Below, in pieces: positions 25,646 to 34,065 of a stretch of 64,000 nt of DNA (the first letter of the stretch is position 1; each line of letters begins with the position of its first letter). The notes beneath the pieces were generated by a model. That model was not told where the DNA came from, made no database searches, and saw only the letters and a list, made by a program, of their open reading frames with translations. Origin of the DNA: Thermoplasmata archaeon. GTDB taxonomy: Archaea; Thermoplasmatota; Thermoplasmata; Lutacidiplasmatales; UBA184. Position numbers and translations under genes: made by a program. The stretch is from NCBI GenBank assembly GCA_027314165.1, contig DAHVCH010000004.1, forward strand, positions 75,784 to 139,783, written 5' to 3'.

Positions 25646-27698
25646 TGTCCAGCTCCCCCACGAGCTCCTGCTCGGTCGCGAACTGGGAGAGGCGCAGCAG
25701 GGCCTCGTGGATCGCGGGAAGGTCCGACGACCTCTCCCCTCGGACCCCTTGCAGCAGCCGGAAGGCGGTGCTCCCTTCCACCATGTGCTCCGCGGAGAGC
25801 GGCGAGATCGGGGCGAGGCGGAAGGCCACGTCCTTCAGGACCTCCACGTAGATCCCGCCCATGCCGAAGAGGAGGACCGGACCGAAGTCGGGGTCCCTCT
25901 GGACCCCCAGGATGAGCTCGCGTCCGCCCTTCACCATTCGCTCGACGACGAACCCCTCGACCCGCGCCTCCGGCGCGGCCCGGGCGGTCCTCGCCCGCAT
26001 CTCGGTCAAGGCCCGGGAGACCGCATCCGCGTCGTGGAGGTCGAGGGCGACCCCGCCGACGTCGGTCTTGTGGAGGATGTCGCGGGAGGCGACCTTCAGC
26101 GCGACGGGGTAGCCGATGCGGTCGGCCTCGCGGCGGGCCTCCTTCTCGTCATGGACGAGCGCCCAGGGCGGGACCTTGAAGCCGTAGCACTGGAGGATCT
26201 CCCGCGCCTCGAAGTCGGCGAGCGCCCGTCGGCCCTCCTTCGCCGCCCGCTGGAGCAGGGCCCTGGCCCTGCGGCTGTCGACCTTGAACTTCGGAGGTGG
26301 CCGGCGCACCCGGCGCTTCCAGTCCTGCCATTCGGCCCAGCGGCCGAGGGCCCGCACGCCCTCCTCGGGGAACGTGAAGTTGGGGATCCCCCCCTGCTCG
26401 AGGAGCGCCACCTCCTCCGAGAGGTCCTCGACACCGAAGAGGCAGGCCGCGGTGGGCTTGCGGTTCTTCTTCCAGGCCCCGAGCCAGGCCCGGGCGATGG
26501 CGAGCCCCGTCGACGCCCCGGTGGGCGTCGCGATGACGAAGACCTGGTCGACGCTCGGTTCCGCGAGGAGCTCCCGGAGGGCCGAGGCGTAGGTCTGGTC
26601 GTTCGCGTCCGCGGTCATGTCCACCGGGTTCCTCACCGCGGCGTTGGGGGAGAGGAGCCCGCGCAGCCGCTCCTGCCGGTGCGGCGGGAGGGTCGGCAGG
26701 GAGAGACCTGCGCGAGGAGCCGCGTCGGCCGCGAGGATGGCCGGGCCCCCGGAGTTCGTGAGGATCGCCAGGCGTCGCCCCCCGCCTTCCGGGGCGGCCG
26801 CGAAGATCTTGGCCATCTGGAAGAGCTCGGCCAGGGTCCCCGCACGCATGACGCGCGACTGGAGGAAGAGCCCGTCGTAGAGACGGTCGGACTGGGCGCG
26901 GGCCAGCGAGCCGGTGTGGCTCAGCGCCGCCGCGGCTCCTCCCGGCGTCCGCCCGGACTTGATGATGAGGACGGGTTTCGTCAGGGTCACCTCGCGGGCC
27001 ACCTCGAGGAACCGCCGGCCCTGGGCGAGGGACTCGACGTAGAGCAGCAGCACCCGGGTCCGGGGGTCCTTCTCCAGAGCGCGGAGCAGGTCGTTCTCGT
27101 CGATCCCCGCGCGGTTCCCCACCGAGACGAAACGGGTGAACCCAATGCGCTGGGACTGCGCGTAGTGGAGGATCCCCGCGCCCAGCGCCCCGCTCTGGGA
27201 GACGAAGGCGATGTTCCCCTCCGTCGGCATCGTGTCGGAGAACGTGGCGTTGAGACGGACCTCCGGGTCGGTGTTGATGACGCCGAAGCAGTTGGGCCCG
27301 ACGAGGCTCATCTTCCACTTTCGGACGACCCGAACGAGCTCCTCCTCGCGGGCGATCCCCTCCCCGCCGACCTCCTTGAACCCGGAGGAGATCACCACCA
27401 CCCCGCGTGTCCCGAGCCGGCCGAGCTCGTCGACGGCGCGGACGACGCCAGGGGCCGGGACGATCACCACGGCCAGGTCCGGGACCTCCGGAAGGTCCGA
27501 GACGGTCGGGTAGCACCGGACCGCGCCGACGCTCGGCCAGGAGGGGTTCACCGGGTACACCACGCCGGTGAAGCCCGCCCCGATGATGTTGTGGAACATG
27601 CTGGCGCCGACGCTCCCCGGTCGGCGCGAAGCTCCCAGGACCGCGATGGACCGCGGAGCGAAGAGCTCCGAGAGGCCCTCCGAACGTCCCCCCGACAT
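25518..27698 (-). CDS. Acetyl-CoA synthetase (ADP-forming), fused alpha-beta type
   Basis: The 726-aa ORF reads LFAPRSIAVLGASRRPGSVG...VYPVNP...VVIVPA...GPNCFGVINT, with a C-terminal ATP-grasp half (ILQCYGFKVP...). It belongs to the NDP-forming acyl-CoA synthetase family. Confidence 0.92.
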   Translation of the reverse strand: MSGGRSEGLSELFAPRSIAVLGASRRPGSVGASMFHNIIGAGFTGVVYPVNPSWPSVGAVRCYPTVSDLPEVPDLAVVIVPAPGVVRAVDELGRLGTRGVVVISSGFKEVGGEGIAREEELVRVVRKWKMSLVGPNCFGVINTDPEVRLNATFSDTMPTEGNIAFVSQSGALGAGILHYAQSQRIGFTRFVSVGNRAGIDENDLLRALEKDPRTRVLLLYVESLAQGRRFLEVAREVTLTKPVLIIKSGRTPGGAAAALSHTGSLARAQSDRLYDGLFLQSRVMRAGTLAELFQMAKIFAAAPEGGGRRLAILTNSGGPAILAADAAPRAGLSLPTLPPHRQERLRGLLSPNAAVRNPVDMTADANDQTYASALRELLAEPSVDQVFVIATPTGASTGLAIARAWLGAWKKNRKPTAACLFGVEDLSEEVALLEQGGIPNFTFPEEGVRALGRWAEWQDWKRRVRRPPPKFKVDSRRARALLQRAAKEGRRALADFEAREILQCYGFKVPPWALVHDEKEARREADRIGYPVALKVASRDILHKTDVGGVALDLHDADAVSRALTEMRARTARAAPEARVEGFVVERMVKGGRELILGVQRDPDFGPVLLFGMGGIYVEVLKDVAFRLAPISPLSAEHMVEGSTAFRLLQGVRGERSSDLPAIHEALLRLSQFATEQELVGELDINPLLALPSGEGAVAVDCRIGLVAPAPAHPRARRSSRSAPPP

Positions 27699-27767
27699 GC
27701 GCTCGAACCTCTGCAGACCCGCGACCCCCGTTCCCGGTAGCCGCCGGTGGGGGCAATCAAGCCCGTG

Positions 27768-27775
27768 TTAAATAC
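27768..27775 (+). promoter_or_regulatory. TATA box candidate for the Mrp/NBP35 gene (leaderless-type spacing)
   Basis: TTAAATAC is centred about 30 nt upstream of ATG 27802, in an otherwise GC-rich spacer. Confidence 0.45.
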
Positions 27776-27801
27776 AATCGACCTCTCGATGCGCCAGGTA
27801 G

Positions 27802-28701
27802 ATGACGTTGGGGCCCGGGAGCACTTCGACCTCGGAGAAGGCCGAACCGGCCGCGCCCGCGGCCTCTCCCCCGCCGGGCCCTGCCACCCGCCGCCCGGGG
27901 ATGGCCGGCAGCGTGCTGCAGCGCCTTCCCAAGGGAGAGGTCCGCAACGTCATCGCCGTGGGAAGCGGCAAGGGCGGCGTCGGGAAGTCCGCGGTCACGG
28001 CCCTGCTCGCCTGCGAGCTCGCCCGACAGGGGCTGAAGGTGGGCATCCTCGACGCGGACGTGACCGGCCCCTCCGTACCGAAGCTCCTCGGGTTGAGCGG
28101 CCACCTGAAGGACCGCGGCGAGGGGGTCGAGCCCGCCGTCAGCTCCAACGGGATCCGGGCCGTCTCGAGCCAGTTCCTCGTCGAGGACGAGGAGACCCCC
28201 GTCATCTGGAGGGGCCCGCTCGTCACGCGCCTCATCGTCCAGTTCTTCGGCGGGGTCAACTGGGGGGAGCTGGACTACCTCTTCCTCGACATGCCCCCCG
28301 GCACGAGCGACGTCCCCCTCACCGTGTTCCAGACCGTGCCGATCGACGGGATGGTCTTCGTCACCACCCCCCAGGAGCTCGCCGGGCTCATCGTGAAGAA
28401 GGCGGTGAACATGGCAAGAGAGCTGCACGTCCCGCTCCTCGGGCTCGTGGAGAACATGGCCACGGTGGAGTGCCCCCACTGCCACGGGACGATCCGACCG
28501 TACGGCCCGAGCCGCGGCGAGGATCTCGCGAACTCCTTCGACCTGCCCTACCTGGGCAGCCTCCCCATCGACCCGAAGATCAGCCTCCTGGGCGACCAGG
28601 GCAAGATCGCCGAGTACACCTCCCCCTTGGTGGCAGAGACCGCGCGGGCCTTCCAGAAGAGCCTGGAGGAGAGCCGCACCCGCTCCCTCACGGTGCTCTG
28701 A
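27802..28701 (+). CDS. Mrp/NBP35/ApbC-family Fe-S cluster carrier ATPase
   Basis: The deviant Walker A is GSGKGGVGKS. It also has DMPPGTSD and a CPHC motif. An alternative internal start is ATG 27901. Confidence 0.9.
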   Translation: MTLGPGSTSTSEKAEPAAPAASPPPGPATRRPGMAGSVLQRLPKGEVRNVIAVGSGKGGVGKSAVTALLACELARQGLKVGILDADVTGPSVPKLLGLSGHLKDRGEGVEPAVSSNGIRAVSSQFLVEDEETPVIWRGPLVTRLIVQFFGGVNWGELDYLFLDMPPGTSDVPLTVFQTVPIDGMVFVTTPQELAGLIVKKAVNMARELHVPLLGLVENMATVECPHCHGTIRPYGPSRGEDLANSFDLPYLGSLPIDPKISLLGDQGKIAEYTSPLVAETARAFQKSLEESRTRSLTVL

Positions 28702-28910
28702 CCACGAGCGGGGGTCGCCGCGTGGGGGGGCTTCGGCCCACGGGGGGACGGACAGGGCCGTGGCGTCCGTTCGGTCCGTCAGGACCGGGGCCTCGCCCTG
28801 AGGAGAATAAGCGGTGGGTAACTCTTGGATTACTGCGCGTTTAAGTTGCCGTTCCCCCGTAGAATTACCGGTCGAAACGGGGGGCTTGCCCTCTCGTTCC
28901 CGGAGCCATC

Positions 28911-29309
28911 GTGTACGACAGAACCCCCGAGATGTGCCCTCGATGCGGGGCCATGGAGACCGTTCGCGACAGCGACGACTACGTCTTCTGCTACGCGTGC
29001 GAAGCGGTCGTGCCTCTCCCCGCCCCCTCTTGGTGGTTCGCGCCAGGGGCGTACTGCCGCCTGGTGCGCCACCGACCCGACGAGCGGGTCCGCCGACCGG
29101 CGCTCATGGACTGGGCGCCGCGCGCCCCGCGAACGCCGCGCACCGCGCGCCCCACCACGAGCCCCCCCTCCGTGCCGGCCCACCCCGCCGTCGCGCCCTT
29201 CCTTGGGCGACGGCCATCCCCCCGGGTGGTGAGCGACCCTCCCGAGGGGGGGTCCAGCCCGGGGTTGGACGCCCATGCCACCCCACGAAGACGCGCGCAC
29301 GAGTTCTAG
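28911..29309 (+). CDS. Hypothetical protein with an N-terminal TFIIB-type-looking zinc ribbon and a disordered tail
   Basis: It has a GTG start and very high third-position GC through all 132 codons. The N-terminus reads MYDRTPEMCPRCGAMETVRDSDDYVFCYACEAVVPL (CxxC-x15-CxxC). The remainder is P/R/A-rich. Confidence 0.55.
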   Translation: MYDRTPEMCPRCGAMETVRDSDDYVFCYACEAVVPLPAPSWWFAPGAYCRLVRHRPDERVRRPALMDWAPRAPRTPRTARPTTSPPSVPAHPAVAPFLGRRPSPRVVSDPPEGGSSPGLDAHATPRRRAHEF

Positions 29310-29419
29310 CCGGGCCTTCCTTCCCCCCGCCGGCGCCACGCCCCCACCCCCGTCCCGGTTCCCGCCTCCGCCTCCGCCCATGCGGTAGGACAGTGGAGGG
29401 AAGGGGACTGGAGCCTCCC

Positions 29420-30418
29420 TTACGTGGGGGACCTACCGGCGCTGGGAGCGGGCGCGCTCGGCGCCGTTGAAGGCGTCGCAGCGCCCCCAGAGGCGAGGGC
29501 CCCCACCGGTCCCGGGGGGCTGGGCGCGGCAGACGGCCCTTCCCCGATCAGCGCCTCCAGATGGACCGACTCGACCATGAGCCCCGAGCCCGCGATCACC
29601 TGGGAGAGGCCGGTCACGTGGGCGTCGCCCACCACCGCCGCGACCCTCCCGTAGGACCGGGCGAGCGCCGCGATGCGCTCGGCCATGTGCACGTTCCGCT
29701 CGTCCAGGAGGACCCGGGCCAAGGTCGGGTACTGCTGGCGCAGCGCCCCGAGGTACTCGTCCCGGTGCTGCGAGTACTCCGCGATCTCGCGCTCCACCAC
29801 CCGGCTCGGGACGAAGAGCGCGAGCACGGTGGAGGCCAGGAGCTTGACCCGCTCCCTCCCCGATAGGGAGGAGAGGAGCCTCGGGGCGACCTGGCGGATC
29901 GGGTCGTCGACCAGGAAACAGGGGAGCGACCGCTTCTTCGCGAAGGCCCCGACCTGGAGCATCTCCTCTCCGGGGACGCCTCCCAGGTCGGCGGCGAACC
30001 GGTCCTGCATCCGCGCCCAGAGACGGAGGAGGAGCGGGGCTTCCCCACCTCCCCCCCGACGTCGGGGCTGCCGCTCCGTGCCCTTCCCCTCCGCCCGTTC
30101 GCGGTCGCGGACCCGCTCGGAGAGGACCTCCGCCCGCTCCGGGTCGAGCTCGACCGCGAGCGCCTGAGGGCGGAAGGAGGCCAGGACCCGGTCGAGCCCG
30201 GATTCCAGGTCGAGCACGTGGGCGACGCCCACCAGGAGCACCTTGGGGTCGGTGGCGGTGGCCGGAGGCAAGGGGATGCTCTTCGTCACGGGTGCCACGG
30301 GGGCGGAGGGCGAAGGCCCTGAGGGGCGGGAGGTCCCCGAGGAGGGTGAAGGGTCCGTCATGGAGGTTGAGCGAGACCCGGGAAGGGGCGGTCCCCCCCG
30401 TGCACCGCGTCGCAGCAC
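29420..30418 (-). CDS. TraB/PrgY/GumN-family protein
   Basis: LLVGVAHVLDLES matches the GTAHVS-like motif and AAVVGDAHVTGL matches the GAGHxxG-like motif. Alternative starts are GTG 30418 or ATG 30361. Confidence 0.7.
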   Translation of the reverse strand: MLRRGARGGPPLPGSRSTSMTDPSPSSGTSRPSGPSPSAPVAPVTKSIPLPPATATDPKVLLVGVAHVLDLESGLDRVLASFRPQALAVELDPERAEVLSERVRDRERAEGKGTERQPRRRGGGGEAPLLLRLWARMQDRFAADLGGVPGEEMLQVGAFAKKRSLPCFLVDDPIRQVAPRLLSSLSGRERVKLLASTVLALFVPSRVVEREIAEYSQHRDEYLGALRQQYPTLARVLLDERNVHMAERIAALARSYGRVAAVVGDAHVTGLSQVIAGSGLMVESVHLEALIGEGPSAAPSPPGPVGALASGGAATPSTAPSAPAPSAGRSPT

Positions 30419-30431
30419 GACCGCGGGAACT

Positions 30432-30442
30432 CTTACATATGT
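30432..30442. promoter_or_regulatory. Palindromic TATA-like element shared by two divergent genes
   Basis: CTTACATATGT contains the palindrome ACATATGT (30434-30441). This lies about 25 nt from ATG 30463 on the plus strand and about 20 nt from GTG 30418 on the minus strand. Confidence 0.45.
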
Positions 30443-30462
30443 TCCCTAGGTCCGCCCGGTGC

Positions 30463-30765
30463 ATGACCTGGCGCATCTACGTGGTCCCGACCTCGAAGCG
30501 GTCGGAGCTCGAGGAGGTCTTGACCAAGGACGACCTGATCTGGCGCCAGACCAGGATCCTGCGGGACGCCGCACCCCTCGGAGGGGCGGCGGACGAGGCC
30601 TACCTCTACATGGAGGGCTCGGACAGCGCCATGGCCCACGCCGACGAGCTCGTGACGAAGGTCGCGAAGAAGGTCGAACCGGCGGTCGCGGAGAAGCTCC
30701 ACACGCAGTTCAAGGAAGAGGAAGAGAAGTCGGCCCAGGGCATGGGCCTGATGTTCTCCGACTGA
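30463..30765 (+). CDS. Hypothetical small acidic protein with a ribosomal-stalk-like C-terminal tail
   Basis: This is the in-frame ATG within track ORF 30292..30765. The 100-aa sequence reads MTWRIYVVPTSKRSELEEVL...KEEEEKSAQGMGLMFSD. I recognise no family. Confidence 0.6.
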   Translation: MTWRIYVVPTSKRSELEEVLTKDDLIWRQTRILRDAAPLGGAADEAYLYMEGSDSAMAHADELVTKVAKKVEPAVAEKLHTQFKEEEEKSAQGMGLMFSD

Positions 30766-30803
30766 GCGCGCGCGTCCTTGCCCGGCCCTTCTGGAGGACG
30801 GGC

Positions 30804-31613
30804 TCAATCGGGGGGAGCGCCGGCGCCCCCGGTCTTCTCCAGGTCCTCGCCCCCCGCGAAGACCTTCTGCCCGGTGGCGTAGAGGTCTTCCATCCCTTCC
30901 CGGGACTCGGCGCTCGTGAAGAGCGGCTGCCAGAGGGGGCCGATCGACTCCAGGGCCCGGAAGAGCTCCAGCGAGAGGCCCGTATCCTGTCCGGGGGTCT
31001 CGTCTCCCACGGCCTCGTAGAGCATGAACGGCTCCTCCCCCCACTGCCGGATGCGCTCGCGCTCCGTCGGCTTCAGGAGGTCGGCCTTCGAGAGGACGTT
31101 CGTGAGCGGGAGACCGAAGCGGAACTGCACCGTCGCGGAGAGCAGGAGGAGCGAGACGAACCCCCCGGGGCTCTTGGCCAGCGCGGGGTCGAAGAGGAAG
31201 GCGATGAGCGAGCGCTCCCCGGTGAGGGCCTCGACGATCGCCTTGGAGGACTCTCGGAACGCGAAGAGCTCCACCTGGCCCGGGGTGTCGATGAGGACGT
31301 AGTCCCCGTTGAGCCGCTCCAGCTCCTCCCGGACCTCGTAGACCTTGAGCGCGATCACGTCGCTCGCGGCGATCTGCGCCCCGTTCGGGCCCAGCCCGAA
31401 CTCCTTCTGGATGTCGGAGAGCTTCACCCAGTCGCGGATGTCGATGTTGGCCTCGTAGCCCGGATCCTCCATGCCCGGGTCCAGGTTCACCGTGAGAGCG
31501 TCGTAGCCGCTCTCCTCCATCCAGTCGTGGAAGGCCCGGGTGATCGTGGTCTTCCCCGCGCCGGCGGTGCCGGTGAAATAGATCGCGACCGGGTCCATGT
31601 CTCCCCCCTTCAC
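30804..31613 (-). CDS. GPN-loop GTPase
   Basis: It has the P-loop GTAGAGKTT, the GPN motif LGPNGAQI, and IDTPGQVELF. The GTG 31613 start overlaps the SRP19 stop (GTGA). An alternative start is ATG 31598, preceded by GGGGGGA. Confidence 0.9.
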   Translation of the reverse strand: MKGGDMDPVAIYFTGTAGAGKTTITRAFHDWMEESGYDALTVNLDPGMEDPGYEANIDIRDWVKLSDIQKEFGLGPNGAQIAASDVIALKVYEVREELERLNGDYVLIDTPGQVELFAFRESSKAIVEALTGERSLIAFLFDPALAKSPGGFVSLLLLSATVQFRFGLPLTNVLSKADLLKPTERERIRQWGEEPFMLYEAVGDETPGQDTGLSLELFRALESIGPLWQPLFTSAESREGMEDLYATGQKVFAGGEDLEKTGGAGAPPD

Positions 31614-31915
31614 GCGGCCGAGGCCGCGCCCTTCTGGGCGCGTTCCCGCAGCGTCTGTGCGAGCTTGACGAGGAACTGGGCCTTCGTGACCCCCTTCCGC
31701 TTCATCACCTTGATCCGGCCCTCGGTCTTCCAGGCCTCCTTCGGGTAGTGCTTGGTCTCGACCTCGACACTGTATCCCAGGGCCCGGGCCGCCTCTCCAA
31801 GGCCCTCGGCGGACAGCTCCCCTGTGACCGCGAGGTCCGCGCTGACGCGACGGCCTTCCGAACGCGGCACGGAGCGCTTCAGGTAGACGGGATAGACGTA
31901 GAAGTGGTCGGGCAT
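31610..31915 (-). CDS. srp19: Signal recognition particle protein SRP19
   Basis: The 101-aa sequence reads YVYPVYLKRSVPRSEGRRVSADLAV...KHYPKEAWKTEGRIKV, which is the typical archaeal SRP19 pattern. Confidence 0.88.
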   Translation of the reverse strand: MPDHFYVYPVYLKRSVPRSEGRRVSADLAVTGELSAEGLGEAARALGYSVEVETKHYPKEAWKTEGRIKVMKRKGVTKAQFLVKLAQTLRERAQKGAASAA

Positions 31916-31919
31916 CGGC

Positions 31920-32321
31920 CTACGCGGCCGGTGCGGGGCGCCGCGCGAGGAGGACGCCGTTCAACTGCCCGTGCTGCCCCGGGCGGGACCGGATCTCCAC
32001 CGGGCCGAGCTCCGTCTCGACGACGGCCCCCCGGGTGATGATGTTCCGCTGGACGTAGTTGGGGTTCGACTTGTTCTCGCGGACCGTGATGGCCTTCGCG
32101 ACCTTCATCGTCTTGGTCTGGGGGTCCCAGACGTTGACGTCCTGGGCCAGAAGGATGCGGACCTTGCGGTTCGCCCCGCGTACGCGGTAGAACTTGTGCT
32201 TCGTCTCGCCGATGGTGGGGTACTGCAGCTCGCGGGCGATCTCGAAGCGTCGCTTGTTCCGGTTCGGGCGTAGCCGCCCGCCGGTGCGCTTCCTCCTGGA
32301 CCGTCCCTGCCAGATTCCCAT
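31920..32321 (-). CDS. rps8e: 30S ribosomal protein S8e (eS8)
   Basis: The sequence reads MGIWQGRSRRKRTGGRLRPNRNKRRFE...KFYRVRGANRKVRIL...NPNYVQRNIITRGAVVETELG, which is canonical eS8. Confidence 0.93.
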   Translation of the reverse strand: MGIWQGRSRRKRTGGRLRPNRNKRRFEIARELQYPTIGETKHKFYRVRGANRKVRILLAQDVNVWDPQTKTMKVAKAITVRENKSNPNYVQRNIITRGAVVETELGPVEIRSRPGQHGQLNGVLLARRPAPAA

Positions 32322-32397
32322 GGTCCCCTCGAAGGGTTCGGGCCTACCTAGGGACCCTATTTACGCCTAGTGGAGGGCCGAGGGGGCGGCCGGACCT

Positions 32398-33291
32398 TCA
32401 GGCGTACTCCTGCAGCGCCGCCTTCTGGGGCTCGACCAGGGCCACGACCCGCGCCTTCTGCTCCTCCGATAGGGGGAGGTGCGGGGCGCGGTATCCCTCA
32501 TCGCTCTCTCGGAGATAGGTCGCGAGGAACTTGAGCGAGGAGGGGCTGGGAGCGGCGCGGGCCGCCCTCAAGACCAGGTCCTGGAGGGCGAGGAGCGGGG
32601 CGAGCTTCTCCGGCTGCCCCTTCTCCTGCGCCTCCCAGATCCGGGAGGCGAGACGGGGGAGGACGTTCGCGGCCTCCCAGGCGATCCCCTTCGCTCCCTT
32701 CGCGAGGGCCCCGAGCGAACCGGCCCCGTCGCCCCCGAACACGGCCAACCCTCCTGCGCCGATCGAGGCGAGACGCGCGATCTCCTCCGCGTTCCCGCTC
32801 GTGTCCAAGACCCCTTGGATCACCCCCTCCGCCGCCAGGACCTCGAGGTCCTGGAGGGAGGGAAGAGCTCCCGCCGGGTCGGGCGTACGGTAGACGAGCA
32901 GCGGGAGCTTCGACTGGGCATGGATCGCGCGGAAGCGCTCCAGGACGCCCTCCCCCGCCTTCGAAGAGGCGGGGGGAGGGAGGGCCGCGAGGACGGAGCA
33001 CCCCGTCGCCTCGGCGGTGTCGGCGAGGTTGACGGCCTCCTCGGTCGTCTCCCCCAGGATGGTCGCCCACACGTCGGTCCCGAAGGTGCAGCTCTCCACG
33101 GCCCGCTCCAGCAGCGCTTCGCGTTCCTGGGCGGTGAGCGAGGGCGCCTCGCCCGAGGTCCCCAGGACGAGGATGTGCCGCACGCCGTCGTCGATGAGGC
33201 TCCGGGCGAACCGGCTGTTCTTCGGAAGGTCGAGCTTCCCCTCGTCCCCGAAGAGGGTGAGCGCGGGGACGACGAGCCCCGTGAGCGGCAT
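32398..33291 (-). CDS. Dihydrodipicolinate synthase / N-acetylneuraminate lyase family protein (catalytic Lys position is Leu)
   Basis: It has GTSGEAPSL (GTTGE motif), LLVYRTP (YNxP motif), and VIQGVLDTSGN aligning to the GIKEATGN motif of DapA. The Leu codon TTG is at 32806-32808 on the minus strand. Confidence 0.75.
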   Translation of the reverse strand: MPLTGLVVPALTLFGDEGKLDLPKNSRFARSLIDDGVRHILVLGTSGEAPSLTAQEREALLERAVESCTFGTDVWATILGETTEEAVNLADTAEATGCSVLAALPPPASSKAGEGVLERFRAIHAQSKLPLLVYRTPDPAGALPSLQDLEVLAAEGVIQGVLDTSGNAEEIARLASIGAGGLAVFGGDGAGSLGALAKGAKGIAWEAANVLPRLASRIWEAQEKGQPEKLAPLLALQDLVLRAARAAPSPSSLKFLATYLRESDEGYRAPHLPLSEEQKARVVALVEPQKAALQEYA

Positions 33292-33351
33292 GCCTCGAGG
33301 GACCCCCGCCCATATCTAAGACCTCGCGCCTTCCGCCCCTCGGAGGCCGGG

Positions 33352-34065
33352 ATGGGGAGGCAGAGCACGCTCCGCGCCCCGGGCCGGAAGCGCCCCTCCC
33401 GGGGCCGTCTCGGGCTGGACGAGGCGGGGCGGGGGAGCGTCCTGGGGCCCCTCGTCGTCGGCGCCTACCTCGCGGACGAGAAGGTCCCGGACGAGCTCCT
33501 CCGCGAGCTCGGGGTGAAGGATTCGAAGCTCCTGCGGCCCGCGGTCAGGGAGAGCCTCTACGGGGAGCTCCGGACGCGGGGGAAGGCCGTCGCCTTCCGT
33601 GCCGAGCCCGCGCTCATCGACCGTTACGTGGGCAAGGGGCGCTACAACGACCTCGAGCTCGAGATGATGGCGCGCCTCGTCGTCCGTCTCTCGCCACGCG
33701 AGGTCTTCGCCGACGCGTGCGACGTGGACGCCGCCCGGTTCGCGCGGGAGCTCGAGCGGCGGACGGCCTCCCGCGGCTGGCGGGGGACCATCGTCGCGCG
33801 CCACAAGGCGGACCGCGACCTTCCGATCGTCGGGGCCGCGAGCATCGTGGCCAAGGTGGTGAGGGACCGGGCCATCGCCCGTCTCCAGTCGGAGAGCGTC
33901 CGGCGCCTGGGATCGGGGTACCCCTCCGACCCCCTCACGAGGGAGTTCGTGCGCCGGCACCTGAGCGAGGGGGGCCCTCTCCCCTCCTGCGTCCGACGCT
34001 CGTGGGCCACGCTCGACACTCTTAAGAGCGCCCCCCGGCTCCGCGCGCTCGAGACGTTCCGATGA
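33352..34065 (+). CDS. rnhB: Ribonuclease HII
   Basis: This is the in-frame ATG within track ORF 32479..34065, preceded by GGAGG. It reads LGLDEAGRGSVLGPLVV...KDSKLL...ADACDVD...KADRDLPIVGAASIVAKV...GSGYPSD. Confidence 0.9.
   Translation: MGRQSTLRAPGRKRPSRGRLGLDEAGRGSVLGPLVVGAYLADEKVPDELLRELGVKDSKLLRPAVRESLYGELRTRGKAVAFRAEPALIDRYVGKGRYNDLELEMMARLVVRLSPREVFADACDVDAARFARELERRTASRGWRGTIVARHKADRDLPIVGAASIVAKVVRDRAIARLQSESVRRLGSGYPSDPLTREFVRRHLSEGGPLPSCVRRSWATLDTLKSAPRLRALETFR

Noticed and set aside
25560-27756. A 726-aa plus-strand ORF and a 535-aa minus-strand ORF overlie the ADP-forming acetyl-CoA synthetase gene.
   Set aside because: This is the same GC artefact. Only frame 25518..27698(-) carries CoA-ligase and ATP-grasp motifs.
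28814-29470. Competing ORFs 28814..29470(+), 28825..29232(+) and 28830..29381(-) around the zinc-ribbon gene.
   Set aside because: Only frame 28911..29309 combines near-uniform G/C third positions with a structured zinc-ribbon N-terminus. The others read as R/P/G shadow frames.
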